From the NCBI GenBank assembly GCA_020137815.1, contig CM035350.1:682001-746000 (forward strand): a stretch of 64,000 nt of DNA, given 5' to 3'. A model generated the notes under the pieces. The model ran no database searches. It saw only the letters and a list, made by a program, of their open reading frames with translations, and was not told the DNA's origin. Positions 12,580-26,234 of this stretch are shown here, piece by piece; position 1 is the first letter of the stretch; the number at the start of each line of letters is the position of its first letter. The DNA is from Hormiphora californensis (taxonomy: Eukaryota > Animalia > Ctenophora). Made by a program: the position numbers and the translations under genes.

Positions 12580-13647
12580 GACTGTACAGTGTACACACAA
12601 TTGTTATAATAGTTCATTCAGTAGGATAAACTAGTTTCTAAATATTATATTACAGTAGAATGGGTTTAGTTTCTATTTAGTCTGCCTACTGTTTGAGATG
12701 ATTCTGAAACCACTGATCGGTGTCTGATCGTCCGAAACCCAAACACGTGATCTCTACCACGTGTGCTGCAGGTTCCGGAACGACGAGTTGTTTCTGAAGA
12801 TAGGACGTTTCAAGATAACACAAGAGCAGCTTGTACTGAATAGGTGGCCCTGGCCTAAAATGCAAAACATATCTGGTTTTTCTGTCAATGTCTTTCCACC
12901 TCTAAAAAAGGTACTTGCCATTGCTTTGCTTCAAAGAAGCCAGCATTTAGTAGAGACTGTTCAATAGATAGGGGGTTATCATGCAACGGATTAATGTTTT
13001 GTGCGTTGCATCCCCCATTATCCCCCATTATAGGGGCAATATTCAACCTGCCCCCCCCCCTCCAGGATAAGGGAACAGGTCACTGTTTTGTTGATGTACA
13101 CCTCTCCCCGGACGGTCTCTCTCAAATATCACAGATTACCAATATAATCAGTAGCGAGCTAGCAGACACCACTTTCGTGGCAACCAAGCGATTCTGCCTG
13201 TTCCACTCAACCCCTCTACCTCTCTCACATCGGCTGAACAAAAAGTTTGATAGCTTTACCCTGAATCTTACCCGACTTGAAATATTTCGTGCAGGTAAAA
13301 CACCTATACCCTCTGTCAGAGCATCTAATTGAGCCTGACAGCTTACCCTTAAATAATACAAGCCCCCCTTTATTTTATCAAAAGGAAAGGGGTATTCAGT
13401 GTTAATCTCTATATCACACCTTGTGGGCCGCGTTTCACAATCATTTTATAATCCTCCGATATGCTTTTTTATAGAGATACCTCTCTTCCCCTTTAACACA
13501 ATCCTGACATATTATCAGTTCCAGGAATTGTAGATGACTATTTTTAGTAATAACTGCCCTTGGCCTTTTAGGATTCATATTATGTTGCATTGATCGATCA
13601 CATAAAATTATAATATATCCTTGATTTTAAGAGGAATTGCTTCAATA

Positions 13648-14219
13648 CGGGGGGGGGGGGGGGGGGGGATCAACACTTAACTGCATGACACTCATGCCAG
13701 TTAGGGTGGGTGGGTGTACGAGGGGTCCGGCAGTTAAGTTTTACACTTAACTGCCTAAAAATAGGGGGTCTAGGGGTGTTTATATGGTGAAAATTTAAAT
13801 AACTGATCTTAATGGCCGATTTTTTGAAGTTTTCAACCCCCTTTTTCGTGCGCTCGTTATTTTTTGTGCACCTATCACATGTGTGTGGCGAACATTTTTT
13901 ACGCATGCCACTCTAAGTGTCTTATACTAACCAATTCGGAATTCGGATCCGTTACCTAAACTGGTCTGTGTTGTTCTTAGTTGATGGCAGTTGATTTTAG
14001 ACACAATATATAAGTCTTTCGTGCTATTTTTAGCTCCCTTTTAGCTAGATTTGGGGGGGGGGGTCTACATTTTCAATTTCAGATGTGGCGGCAGTTAAAT
14101 GTGGGACTTAAGTGCAAAATATGTGGGGGGTGGTGGGTGTCAAAAATTTTTTGAAAATTTGGCAGTTATCGGCATGAGTGTCATGCAGTTAAGTGTTGAT
14201 CCCCCCCCCCCCCCCCCCG
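13648..14219. mobile_element. MITE with C(G)n...(C)nG termini and 7-bp TSD
   Basis: TIR C-polyG-ATCAACACTTAACTGCATGACACTCATGCC; TSD TTCAATA at 13641-13647 and 14220-14226; relative at 61763-62613. Confidence 0.85.
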
Positions 14220-14444
14220 TTCAATATGCTATTCTTTCTGCCGTTTCTCCTCGATGATCACTGCATCCCTCCTGATGCCAACAGAAACCTCTTTGAACCT
14301 ACCACTGCACCTAAAACCTGCCTCCCGACCAATATTCATACTATAAGGTGGATCTTGCATGACAATTAGAAAAATTGATCAGATACCACGCCATCCTTTC
14401 TATTGTTTGTCATTATGTATTGTATCACAGTTGTATGACATAAC

Positions 14445-14500
<56 letters not shown>

Positions 14501-15872
14501 TAGTAGTAGTAGTAGCTGATGCGGTAATCGATCGGCCAAGGAACTCAGGTGTAACGAGAGAGAGTGATCCCCCCTCTCTTGTCATTGCAACCACGTTTAG
14601 TTTTCATTTTATCCCAACTGATTAGTTTATCCCTCTCCCCCATAACATGGGGCCACATAACCGGCATAGAACGTGTTGTTAACAGCTGTTGTTACATGTA
14701 GAATCTTCAACTTCAGTGCACTAGTCTGTAGTAATACACCTTGCAGCTGCCACTAATCATGAGCACACTTCATCTATATGTTATCTATATTTCTGAAATT
14801 GTTTACATCATCATGTTCATATAGAACTACTATTTAGAATCAGTTCAAGATACTCATAGTTGCAGTGCATGTAGAGCTCTATAGCTCACTTTGTCAGATA
14901 CACAATCTGCAAGGGGTAGAAAAATCAACTATTGATTGGCATTACAATCTCTATGGTACCTTTATGTTGCATTGACCATGGTAGAGGTTGATAGGAGTTC
15001 TAAGTTGGTCCCTTAATTCATTTCTTTTTCTTGGGAAATATATTAATGAGAGTTTTGCGGTACATACCGCAAACTTCTCGAGTAATATATGTAGGCAGTC
15101 TACTGCTTCTGAGATGCATTGTGTATAGTTAGTCCACTGCTTAGCCATTTAATATGTTCCACCGAGGGACAGTAAGTTCAGATCGCGGCACCGCCTGCAG
15201 ACACTGCATCTATGCCAGATTTTATTTTTATATTCTGGAAGAATAACGTGGTAGCTTCAACAATTAATACTGCTGCACTGCAGGTGATATGTATGCATAT
15301 TAATTATTATGTTGAATAGGCAGCTGCGAGCTGAGAGAAGTGGCACTTTTTTGAAGGTTACTTATAATGAGAATCCAGCATGCGATTTGTCTCCCTCTCG
15401 CCTTCTTTCTGTCTCAGCTTTCTCCCTCTTCCTCTCCCTCCCTAGCTTTCTCAGTCTCCCTCTTTCTCTGTCTCCCTCTTTCTCTGTCTCCCTCTTCCTC
15501 TGTCTCCCTCTTCCTCTGTCTCCCTCTTCTCTGTCTCCCTCTTTCTCTGTCTCCCTCTCACCCTCTCACCCTGTCTCCCTTTCCCACGTTTTCCATCTCC
15601 CAGTCCCTATGTCACTGTGTTACCCCAGCTTGTGTGCAAAAATGTTCGTATGTATAGTATTATAGGCCTCTTTTCCTATTCATTTTAGTCACTTTAGATT
15701 GTTCGAAGCTGATCAGATCAGAGATCCTATGCTGCAACACCGCCTATTATTTCAATACTTTATGCCATTTCAAAAGTTAACCGCCTGCACTGTCATCAGT
15801 CTATCTAGTCTGTCAGATATATTACCAATTAATCAGTATATCTCCCCCCACTAATTGTAGGGCCGCCCCGCA

Positions 15873-16139
15873 ATGACACATGTTTCAGAGAGTTCCAACT
15901 TCGACCCGTACAGCCCTAAAGCACCCGCTGAGATCTCTATCGCCATGGCATCAAATGACGTCATATTGTCAAGACAACAGAGGCAACTGACCATGAAGCA
16001 GAGTTCAGAGGAGATAAAGAAAGTCCTGAAATACTTCTGTTGTACCCTCATCGGACTTATTCTTGTTCTTATCCTGATACCGGTCGTGGCAACGGAGATA
16101 CTAGAAAGACAAAAACAAGACCAGGAGCCTCCGCCATAG
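15873..16139 (+). CDS. Small single-pass membrane protein (88 aa)
   Basis: ATG ORF with one hydrophobic segment YFCCTLIGLILVLILIPVVA preceded by KK; AG acceptor 12 nt upstream of ATG. Confidence 0.5.
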   Translation: MTHVSESSNFDPYSPKAPAEISIAMASNDVILSRQQRQLTMKQSSEEIKKVLKYFCCTLIGLILVLILIPVVATEILERQKQDQEPPP

Positions 16140-16490
16140 CTGTGACAGATAGAGAGAAGACGTTAATGTTTGGTCATTTTTCATTAGAATTTAGAGTGCT
16201 GGTCTCTCTCTCTCTCCCCAATTCGTACCCTAGCATTTAGCAATCCTAGAAAATTCAGCTCATGCAGTGACTGCGAAAACTTTTACATGAAAAAATCTTT
16301 GTTCAGGCTTTTAAAACGACATGGCTGTGAATTGTGTTGCTAAATATGATTTTGTACAAGGAACAATTGCAATTGAATTTTATGTTCAGTACATGATAAA
16401 ATTACATTTTCTTAAACCCGAACTCCAAAGAATTTACGCTATCCCAATCCTCTAATCTCGCCCATACTCTCCATATATTATAGCTGATGA

Positions 16491-19400
16491 ATGGGCGGGC
16501 CCGCGGGTAGCAATGACGCTGCCCCATCGTCATCAACAACATCAGGAAGGCGGATCCGAGTGAGAGTCAACACACGGAACGAAATACAGAGTGGTGGTGA
16601 GAACTCTCGGAGTGGGACACCTGACAACCAGGGTATTGTTACCAGGGTTACCGATACAACATTTACTGTATACGAGGGTGGAGGAAGGAGTTCTGCTACC
16701 CCTAGCGAGGAGGTGTTTCACGACAGTGAGCACCCCCGAATTGTACTTAACAACATGAACAAGTGAGCACCCCCGAATTGTACTTAACAACATGAACAAG
16801 TGAGCACCCCCGAATTGTACTTAACAACATGAACAAGTGAGCACCCCCCAATTGTACTTAACAACATGAACAAGTGAGCACCCCCGAATTGTACTTAACA
16901 ACATGAACAAGTGAGCACCCCCCAATTGTACTTAACAACATGAACAAGTGAGCACCCCCAATTGTACTTAACAACATGAACAAGTGAGCACCCCCGAATT
17001 GTACTTAACAACATGAACAAGTGAGCACCCCCCAATTGTACTTAACAACATGAACAAGTGAGCACCCCCCAATTGTACTTAACAACATGAACAAGTTGAT
17101 TACTAATTACGTTCATTATGTATTCATCACAGTCTAGAAACGATTTTATTTTTTTTAGGTTGCTAAGCGATGGGTTTCTGACTGACGTGACAATTATATG
17201 TCAAGATGATGAGAGGATATATTCCAATTCATTCCTTCTAAGTGCCAACAGTGAATACTTTCGTGCTATTCTCCAGAGAGACAACGGGGCTGGGTAAGTG
17301 AAGGACATGAAATTTACAAAACAGTTTTATCCCATCCCTTATCCAAATTGGAGTCCAATATTCTCTCCAATATTCTCACTACACTATAAGGAATGAATTG
17401 CATGCTAAGAAGTGTAACAACCCCTCCCTCCCTCCCTTTCTCTAGGCAGTTTGCAGAGGGGGATACCCGGATAATAACAGTACCAGATGTCAGTGTTACT
17501 ATTCTCCAAGCTATAGTTGATTACTGTGCCACGTCCCGCATCACCATAACCCAAGATAATGTCCAGGACCTGTACTTTAATGCAGACAGGTCAGTTTAGC
17601 CACTATTATAGCCATTAGAGTATTAGACAAGCTGACTAACTCTTGTCTCTTTTGAACTTTTTTATATTCCCTTTTTATGTAAAGTTAATGATGGTCAAAT
17701 CACCAGCGAACCACCAGCAGCTACAACAATATTATTCAGGTTTGGGTTTGAATCGATAGTAAACAGTTGTGCCCACTACCTATCCACCACGATCACCCTT
17801 GAAAACCACTACGAGCTCTGGTGTATGGGCAATACCATGTAGGTTTGTAGAGAGAGAGAGGGAGAGAGTTGTGTGTCCCTCTTTCACTCAAAATGTGCTA
17901 ATAGAGAATGATCAAAGGTATAGTGCCAGCTTGCACTTTTTGTTTTGTCCATCCTCCCAGCAAAATGGGTAAAAAAACCAAAAACTAATGCCAGGGGAAC
18001 AGCTCAAGCTGTATAACACTCTATAGTTGGAAAAACCCCCATTTAGTTAAATGGATGTTGGCTAAATGGGCAATTTAGTTGGAAGGATACATTTCTCCGA
18101 AAATGGGGTTGAAATGCGTTCCCCGAGCAGCCTGGTTAATGGGGGTCTGAATGCTTTTAAAGTTTTAATTCTTTTTTCTTATTCTCAGGAAAACCAAGAT
18201 AGAGAAGATATGTGAGAGTTTTATAAAGGAGCACATCTTAGAGATACTATCGGGTTCGGAGTGGCTGCGTTACCCTGTCGAGCTGATAGAGTTAATCCTC
18301 GGTTCGGATGATCTGAATGTGCATAACGAGAGTCAGGTGTTTCAGGGGCTGATGGAGTGGCTGAAACATGACCCAACGAGAAGGGAACAATACATAGTGA
18401 GACTATTCCCCTATATCAGGTAAGGGAACAATACATAGTGAGACTATTCCCCTATATCAGGTAAGGGAACAATACATAGTGAGACTATTCCCCTATATCA
18501 GGTAAGGGAACAATACATAGTGAGACTATTCCCCTATATCAGGTAAGGGAACAATACATAGTGAGACTATTCCCCTATATCAGGTAAGGGAACAATACAT
18601 AGTGAGACTATTCCCCTATATCAGGTAAGGGAAAATTAATAATAAATATATCCACTGGTAATTCCTGATGCCTACTTTCTTTGAAGTGTAAAAGTGTTTA
18701 GAGTTGTTGAGTACCCCTAAGTTTAGAATGGTTTACTCTTGTTATGTTCTAACCCTCCGTGGCCGAGCAAGGCAAGATTACACTACCATCCCCCTACCCA
18801 GGTTGGATCACGTCTCTCTGAAGTACCTGTATCACAAGATAGCTGATGAGGGGATATTAAGAGAAGTTGAGGAGTGTCAATATCTTATTACCCGCCAGAA
18901 GGACAAACGTGCACTAGGACCCGTTCTGTGTAGGGACGATACCTCCCCGATACCTCGTAAGTCTTATACAAAAACACATAGTTATCTAATTTTCCATTTC
19001 ATTATACAGTAAGTAAAAGATGTCAATTTGTCATGCTTTATTAAAATTCATCTCCCTATAATCAGCGAGGGAGGCAAGTTACGGTGGTAAAATCTTTGTA
19101 ATTGGTGGTCTAGGACAAGACAGAGCCTCCTCAGACCGATTTGATGTGTTTTCAGTGAGCAGTATGAAATGGGACACATGTCCTAACGTGAGTAGTAAAT
19201 CTCTAGTAGTATAGGTAACCACAAGGTATATCACTATCACTGGGCCAGAATGCAATCTCAATATAACCCCGGTCACTCCTGTATAGTTCCCTGTACCGGT
19301 GTGGGGTGCCGCTGCTACTATAGTTGAGGGATACCTGTTGTGTTCTGGAGGCGAGGGGACTGAGACGAGAAATAATCTTCTCTTTTGCAACCCCCTAACG

Positions 19401-21271
19401 GTAAATTTATTCTATAGAGCGAATAGTGGGTAGTATCTTAAAGATATAACTACAGCATATTTTACCGTGACTGTTAAACCAGCTCTTTCTGAATAAATAC
19501 CGAATTGTAAATGTACTGAATTGTAAATCTTTTCGGTTTTAACCTGCATACTAGTTAAGTAGGCCAGAGGAATAACTGTGCCGGGGGTAAACTGTGAACT
19601 TATAAATAACTTTTGTGAGAACTCATTAGATGACTGACATTAGTGTTGAACCATGACAGAGACACACTCCTGACAGATTGACAGACACGACGATGTAGAG
19701 GGTGGGGGTCTCTGGACAGAACTGAGTCCAATGAAGTTTGCTCGGTTTGGGCACGGTATGGCTGAGTGTCCTGGGGTCTGCTTTTATTATAGGTACTACT
19801 ACAATACACTGACTCTGACAGGACTACACCCATGAGTTGATAGAAAGATCAGCAGCGTGGCTACTCAAAATCTTACTCAATACTGGCTACTCAAAATCTT
19901 AACCAAAAGATTTCTCTCTTCTTCGCTCTCCCTCTTTTTCCTTCCCTCCCCCTCTCTCTCTTCTTCCCTATCCCTCTCTTTATCCCTGATCAGGCGGTTA
20001 CCATGATACAGCTCTAGTCCTCCTGTGAAGTGTATGACCTCCACTGTTGACAGGGTAACCATGGTACCACCTGGGTAACTGCATGGTAACCACGACAACC
20101 CAACCAGTTGAGTACCAGCTGGGTAACCATGACACCACCTGGGTAACTGCATGGTAACCATGACAACCCCACCAGTTGAGTACCAGCTGGGTAACCATGG
20201 TACCACCTGGGTAACTGCATGGTAACCATGACAACCCCACCAGTTGAGTACCAGCTGGGTAACCATGGTACCACCTGGGTAACTGCATGGTAACCATGAC
20301 AACCCCACCAGTTGAGTACCAGCTCGGTAACCATGGTACCACCTGGGTAACTGCATGGTAACCATGACAACCCCACCAGTTGAGTACCAGCTCGGTAACC
20401 ATGGTACCACCTGGGTAACTGCATGGTAACCATGACAACCCCACCAGTTGAGTACCAGCTCGGTAACCATGGCACCACCTGGGTAACTGCATGGTAACCA
20501 TGACAACCCCACCAGTCGAGTACCAGCTGGGTAACTCAAACTGACAAGCTCCAGTATGTCAATACGAAAATCTCTCTCTTTCTCTCAGGTGGATACAATG
20601 CGAAGGATTATAAGGTAGTGGAGAGGTTTGACCCGAGAGAGGGATTCTGGGAACGTGTTCCGAACATGGAACAATCCCGGTCATACGGCGCTGCCGCTAC
20701 TGCTGGCAGCAAAATATACTGTTTCGGTGGACGACAGAGAGAGAAGAAGGTATGCCTCTTTTCTACTGTTTATCTCAAACTAGAAAGGATTGTTTCTATT
20801 GTGATCTTCTAATCCTAGGTTGCCTTTGTGGAATGCTACGATCCCCGGGCCAGCAAATGGGAGAGCCTGCCTGAACTACAAACGGAGAAAAGTGACATAC
20901 GAGCCTGTACAATCGCCAACAATGTAAGACACGCGTTTTATTCCTGAAACTTTCCACTTTTATCCAGCGAATCCACAGTGGTAATTTGGTGTTCACTAAG
21001 AATTTTACGAACATTTTTTTTGAACCTATCTGGTAGCTTTTTGAGCCATGCTTGTGTTTTTAGTCCATCATTGGGCAGCAGCCCTATTCTTTCCTAGCAC
21101 ATCTCATCTCACAATATCATCCCATGGCAGGTTTACATTCTAGGGGGACTTGATAAGAATGATGGACCTCTAAGTGATGTTGACTGCTACCATCCTACCT
21201 CTCAAGACTGGATGAGGTTACCTAAAATGCAGACTAAACGAAGACTCATGGCTGTAGCTAGTGTAGGGTAG
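16491..21271 (+). CDS. BTB-BACK-Kelch (KLHL-like) protein
   Basis: ~13 exons: BTB (GFLTDVTIIC, LLSANSEYFRA, ITITQDNVQDL), BACK (LILGSDDLNVHNESQVFQGLMEWLKHD), Kelch repeats (GKILVIGG, VERFDPREGFWERVPNM, KIYCFGG, VYILGG). Single-base frameshifts near 19710-20045 and part of one Kelch blade not found. Confidence 0.9.
16726..17095 (+). repeat. 37-nt tandem array (10 copies) of the exon 3' end
   Basis: Unit GTGAGCACCCCCGAATTGTACTTAACAACATGAACAA; first copy is coding (SEHPRIVLNNMNK). Confidence 0.97.
18381..18632 (+). repeat. 41-nt tandem array (6 copies) spanning a splice donor
   Basis: Unit AAGGGAACAATACATAGTGAGACTATTCCCCTATATCAG|GT; GT at 18420, 18461, 18502, 18543, 18584, 18625. Confidence 0.97.
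20053..20536. repeat. 68-nt intronic minisatellite (7 copies) rich in GGTAAC
   Basis: Period 68 (20055, 20123, 20191...); starts right at the end of a Kelch exon. Confidence 0.95.
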
Positions 21272-21405
21272 TTTTATACAGACTTTCTCTCTCACACACA
21301 CACACACACACATTCAGTCTCTTCCTCCGCCCCTGCACCACTCACACTATCGTCCTCTCACACACATGCTCACACACGCTACACACATGTGTTCATATAT
21401 TATCA

Positions 21406-23573
21406 TTAGTTCTCAACAGTATTATTATGATCCTCCTGCGACCTGGTTGATCTGATACTCAGAATACTGGATAACTTGCTAACAAGTGGCTTCCTCTTCG
21501 CACCTATAACCACGGGTACTATCTCACTGTCAGAACTCGCATCACTAGCTACCACTGAGTCTACATCACTAGCGGAGGTGGGTCGGTGGGTAGAGGTGGA
21601 AGCAATAGAGGATGCGGTAGGAGGGGCGGTGCTGGGTTCTATTTTGGTAGAGCTGGGATCCCGATCTGGAGCTAACTGACCATCTCGCAGCAGGCTGTGA
21701 TCCTAGTATAGAAACGAGGGTTTAAAATACAACATAAAGAAATAAACCCGGAATACACATTTCAAACACGCTCTATTCCACTCGTGCTGCTGTCTAATGC
21801 CATACTACACTGATCGTCTACACTGCTCGCATTCTCCACAACATAACAGTCCCCCTCACCCCGCCTCTGTATCTGCTCCCTGGCCTGCTCTGCCCGGGCT
21901 GCTAGTTTGTCCCTTAGGCCCTTTCTAATGTAACCTTTAGGCTTGGTAACCCGGGTCGCTTCTTGTACTATCTCGTACAGAGTGGGCCTCCTCCCCAGGT
22001 CAGCACAACTGAATGCCTTGTTCAGAAGGGGGTCCATCACCATCGCAGCATCCACCAGGGCAGGACTGCTGGAGCTGTGTCTGAGGGGCCGGGTAGTGTG
22101 GTATTTCCTAAAGTAGTCCCTGTTCTTCAGCTCCTGAGGGGTCTCCTGGAGGAATGTTCCTGTTCGGAAATTAACCGTTTTCTGCTCCTCCCTAACTTGC
22201 CTCCTCCGTTCTGTAATTCACCACTGGTCAGAGAGGCTGCATCATATGTATAGCACAAGTATAACATGACACACGGCCCTGGTAGTATACTAGTTGCCTC
22301 ACACAGAACATCAGAACAGCACAGAGACCACTAGGCTGGCAGGGATCACATGTCCTTATCAGGGGGTCTGATAGAATGTTGCACCATCCATTGTATCCGC
22401 TACACGATAAACAAAGCACAAACAAGTTGTTTTACATAGCTGAGAGAATGAAAAAAGAATACACACACACTATAACAAAACACATATATCAGTCTGTTAT
22501 GGGAGCTGCACTCTGCTGCTCTGGTATCATGGAGGTGGCTATGCTACACTGGTTCTGTGCTACAAAACAACCCTCTACAGGAGGGGTGCTACATTGCTCA
22601 CCCTCTACACCCTGCCTCATCTTCCCAACAAATGTCCGAGCTATCCCTTCCTCCTTAGTTTGGTACGAGTTGATTATGAATTCCTGGGCCCTCCTCTCTG
22701 CCCTGTTCATTAGTACACGCTGGCTTACTGTCGTGCTGCTGCTCCTTCTCGGTCCTGGAGTGAGGAACGTGGCGGTTAGGAGAGTTGGGGGAACGTGGGG
22801 AGTGGGGGTTAGGAGAGTGGGGGGATGTGATCGAGAGGGCCAGGGGGAGTGTCAATTATCAGGGCTTTAGTCGAGTGCTGGACATTGAGAGAACACTTTG
22901 GGGCTTAACAAGTTGGAAATAGGAGGTAGGGGGATCAGCAGTTGTCAGCGGTGTTTAATCAGAGAGGAATTCAGCTGAATCAAAGAAAGATTTCCATGCA
23001 GGCGATATGTACAAGCTATACTATACACACTGTGTACTATAATGTATGCCATGATTAACAATGGTTTTATGGTGAAAAGTGATATATATTCAAGTGCTTA
23101 TACGTTGGTTTTGTAGTGTTCATGTCTGTCACATCTTCTTGTATCCCAATTAATGATATCTCTCCCAGAGAGAAAGTCTCCGTGGTGTAATTGTGCTGCT
23201 GGTAGGGCCCTGTAGAGGAATTAGGGTGCGGAGAATTACACAGCTGCCTCACTTATATTGTACACTATATCAGAATCAGAAGACCAAATCACAATTCATT
23301 TTCGAGAGATCAGATATTGAAATTTCACTTGGAGAATCAGCTCTTTTTACCGTCATTCGCCAGGTCGTAATATTCTTGTGGTGGTTCTCTGCTCTCGCAC
23401 TTTAGGAGGGTTTTTATTGTGCCAGTCCTGGCCCCTCTAATTCCCCGTTCAGCCCCGGCCAGAGGGTCCTTGTCTCCATATTCGGAGGAGGAGGGGGACT
23501 CGTAGTTTCGATTAACTGGAGAATTGTACCCGTCAGATCTTAGTCGGCATTTCCCACGGTCATATTCAGTCAT
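21406..23573 (-). CDS. Uncharacterised multi-exon protein, convergent with the Kelch gene
   Basis: Run of minus-strand open segments (23573-23100, 22900-22490, 22400-22270, 22230-21760, 21702-21406) with plausible GT-AG borders; several frame breaks and no recognised domain. Confidence 0.45.
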
Positions 23574-24688
23574 TCAAATTGCCTGGCCTTCTCCCTTTCG
23601 CACACATTCACAAACATACAGTCACACAAACACCTGGTTACACTTAGCCGCGTGCTGCACTTAGTTGCCAAGGGAGAGAGAAAATATGAAGTGGATTGTG
23701 ATTTTACTATAGTATATCTCATTGGATTGGGACCGCTTTAGAAAATGCGTGTTTAATTTTGCTTGTTTCTTGAATGAAAAACACGCAACATGAAAATGCG
23801 TGCATGACACGGAGGAAGATCACAGCGGATCCTGCTGTGTAGAACCATGTGGTAGAATGATGCGCGTCTTTATAACACTGCTGACATCTAATGCTACACA
23901 GATGGGTGAACTGCGCGCGCTCCAACACTACGCGCACAACTGACTGACTGCAGTGGGAATTGGGCGCCAAGAGGGCCGTTTGAGGAAACCCCAGGTAGTA
24001 CTGCAGATGAGACTAGCTGCTGTACTACTAAAGCTCCTGATGACATGTTGATTGGTGTCAATTCCTCGCTATAACAACTCCAACCCAAATTTGTCAGTCA
24101 ATAAAGGACAGGCTATTGAAGGGCAATTTGTCTTCCCTATTCACTCTCACTACTATAGTCAGACCCTAAATGACTTGCTTTAAATCAAAGGGTTCTAGAA
24201 AAGTAACACTATGATAATACGGTGTGTGAGGAACAATTAAAATGGTATCTGTCACCGTCAGAGTGCTAGGTGTGTTTTTCTCCATATTTCGTTAATTCGC
24301 CGTGTAATTTAGTGGATTGGGCACACACACACACACTGCAGTACCTACTGGGCTTTGCTGAAGGATACATTGCATGGAAACATGGAGAGAAATAGAAAAC
24401 ATGAACATAAGATGGATATGGTTAATGGAGGATCACATGCACAACTCACACTCGTGCCCTTCACACTCTCTCACATCGCAGTTCTGGCTTCCAGACGGAG
24501 GGAGGCTACCCTTGCTACCCCTGTCGCAGGGGCAATCCTAGCCCGGGCCGGTGTTATTGGACGACCAGACCCGAAACTCTCCACACGACTCAGCTCACTA
24601 TAGGCTGTTGTAACATTGTCTTCACATATCATCGACCCAATACGGGACGGGAACTTTCTTTGGTCTGATGGTGTAGGGATGTAGGGAT

Positions 24689-24744
<56 letters not shown>

Positions 24745-25589
24745 CTAGCGAGATAGAGATAGAGAGAGAGAGAAGAGCGCGAGTAGCGAGCTAGAGCTAT
24801 ATATTCTCTATCGCTCTCTCTATCGCGCTCGTTTTGTTGTGTGTGTGGTGTGAGGTGAACTATGTGTGAAGAGATTAGCAGAGGAAGTTCAGCATTGAAT
24901 TGTTCCAATTAGCAAGATCAGATGGTTGACAATTTTTCCAGCACCCCCTTACACACGTGTTATGTAGAGATATAACGTTTTCACTTTCCTTGCTCCGAGA
25001 CTGGTATAGCACCCCTAGCTATAATAGTAATACACGGGGGGTAATACAACACAAATACACAAGGAATAAATGCACATCAAGGGGTGTTACCCGGGCCGGG
25101 TGGTAGACTTATTGTCGAACGGGCGATAACACAAAACAAACTGAGTTCGAGTTACCGACCATTCGACATTTTGTCCGAAATACTCCACTCACACATTTTC
25201 ATTGAACCACTTCACTTCACACTATTGTACAGGCATCATGGGATTGTGGACACAAAGAGAGAACAATGAGACTCATGTTGTTTACAATGGAATCTTGATG
25301 TGAACTTGATGTGTGTGTGTGTCTGTGTGTGTGTGTGTGTGTGGTGTGTGTTTTTGTGTGTGTGTCTGTGTGTGTGTGTAGGGCACAACTTTATTCGATT
25401 CCGATCACTAGCCACTGCCCACTATTAAATCGCTTCCTTCATTTTCAACAGTTGAAATTACTGATAATTCTCTATTTGTAAAGATAAAGAGGGTCGAGAT
25501 ATTACTTAGACGTCGAGTTATCAAGATAATACGATTCTAACAATAATACTAACCAAGCCTATAGGGAGGGGGGTGGCGGCCAGCCTATA

Positions 25590-25892
25590 GGGATCCCTAA
25601 AAAAGTTCAGTATTTACACAGCGTTTACACAGTCTTTACACAGTCGTTACACCCAGAGCGCCCGCGCCGCTCTGGGTGTAAAGACTGCGTCTTTCGCACT
25701 CGATTTGCAGCGTTTTCGGAAACTTTTTTCGCCGCAGCGCTCAATTTACTCAATTGTGCAGCACACAATCCAATATTTTCTTAGAAAAAGCCGCAAAACG
25801 CAGCACGCACCGCTCTGGGTGTAACGACTGTGTAACGACTGTGTAAAGACTGTGTAAACGCTGTGTAAATACTGAACTTTTTTAGGGATCCC
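25590..25892. mobile_element. TA-flanked MITE
   Basis: TATA|GGGATCCCTAAAAAAGTTCAGTATTTACACAGCG...CGCTGTGTAAATACTGAACTTTTTTAGGGATCCC|TATA, arms ~70 bp. Confidence 0.8.
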
Positions 25893-26234
25893 TATAGGAT
25901 GCACCCCTTTTCCAATAAATTTTAGATATATAAATTCAAAGTACTACTCTACATCTTAATGGACCCTTTGACATCTGACATTCAAAATTGGCAGATATCA
26001 CGTGACTTGTGACGCAAAAACCCCTTTGTCGTTTATTAATTGCTACTGTAATAGAGACTAAAAGTCTGCATCTAATATGATAGTTAAAAGGCAAAAGTGA
26101 TCACAACCTTGGGTGCACTATGCGACCTTGAGTCGAAATTTATATTGGATATGGATATATTTCTCTTATCTTTCTATCAACCTCTCCCCCCCCCCCCTCT
26201 CTCCGTCGTCTCTCCTCTCCTCTCTCTCTCTCTC

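Noticed and set aside
12340-15150. Possible minus-strand multi-exon gene starting MAKQWTNY
   Set aside because: Some exon-like pieces but many stops and no consistent model or domain.
16726-17095. 37-nt direct repeats resembling a CRISPR array
   Set aside because: Head-to-tail copies with no spacers, no cas genes, eukaryotic intron context; same for the 41, 61 and 68-nt arrays.
19877-20539. Minus-strand ORFs in three frames with Trp/Cys repeats
   Set aside because: 68-nt unit is not a multiple of 3; stop-free by chance.
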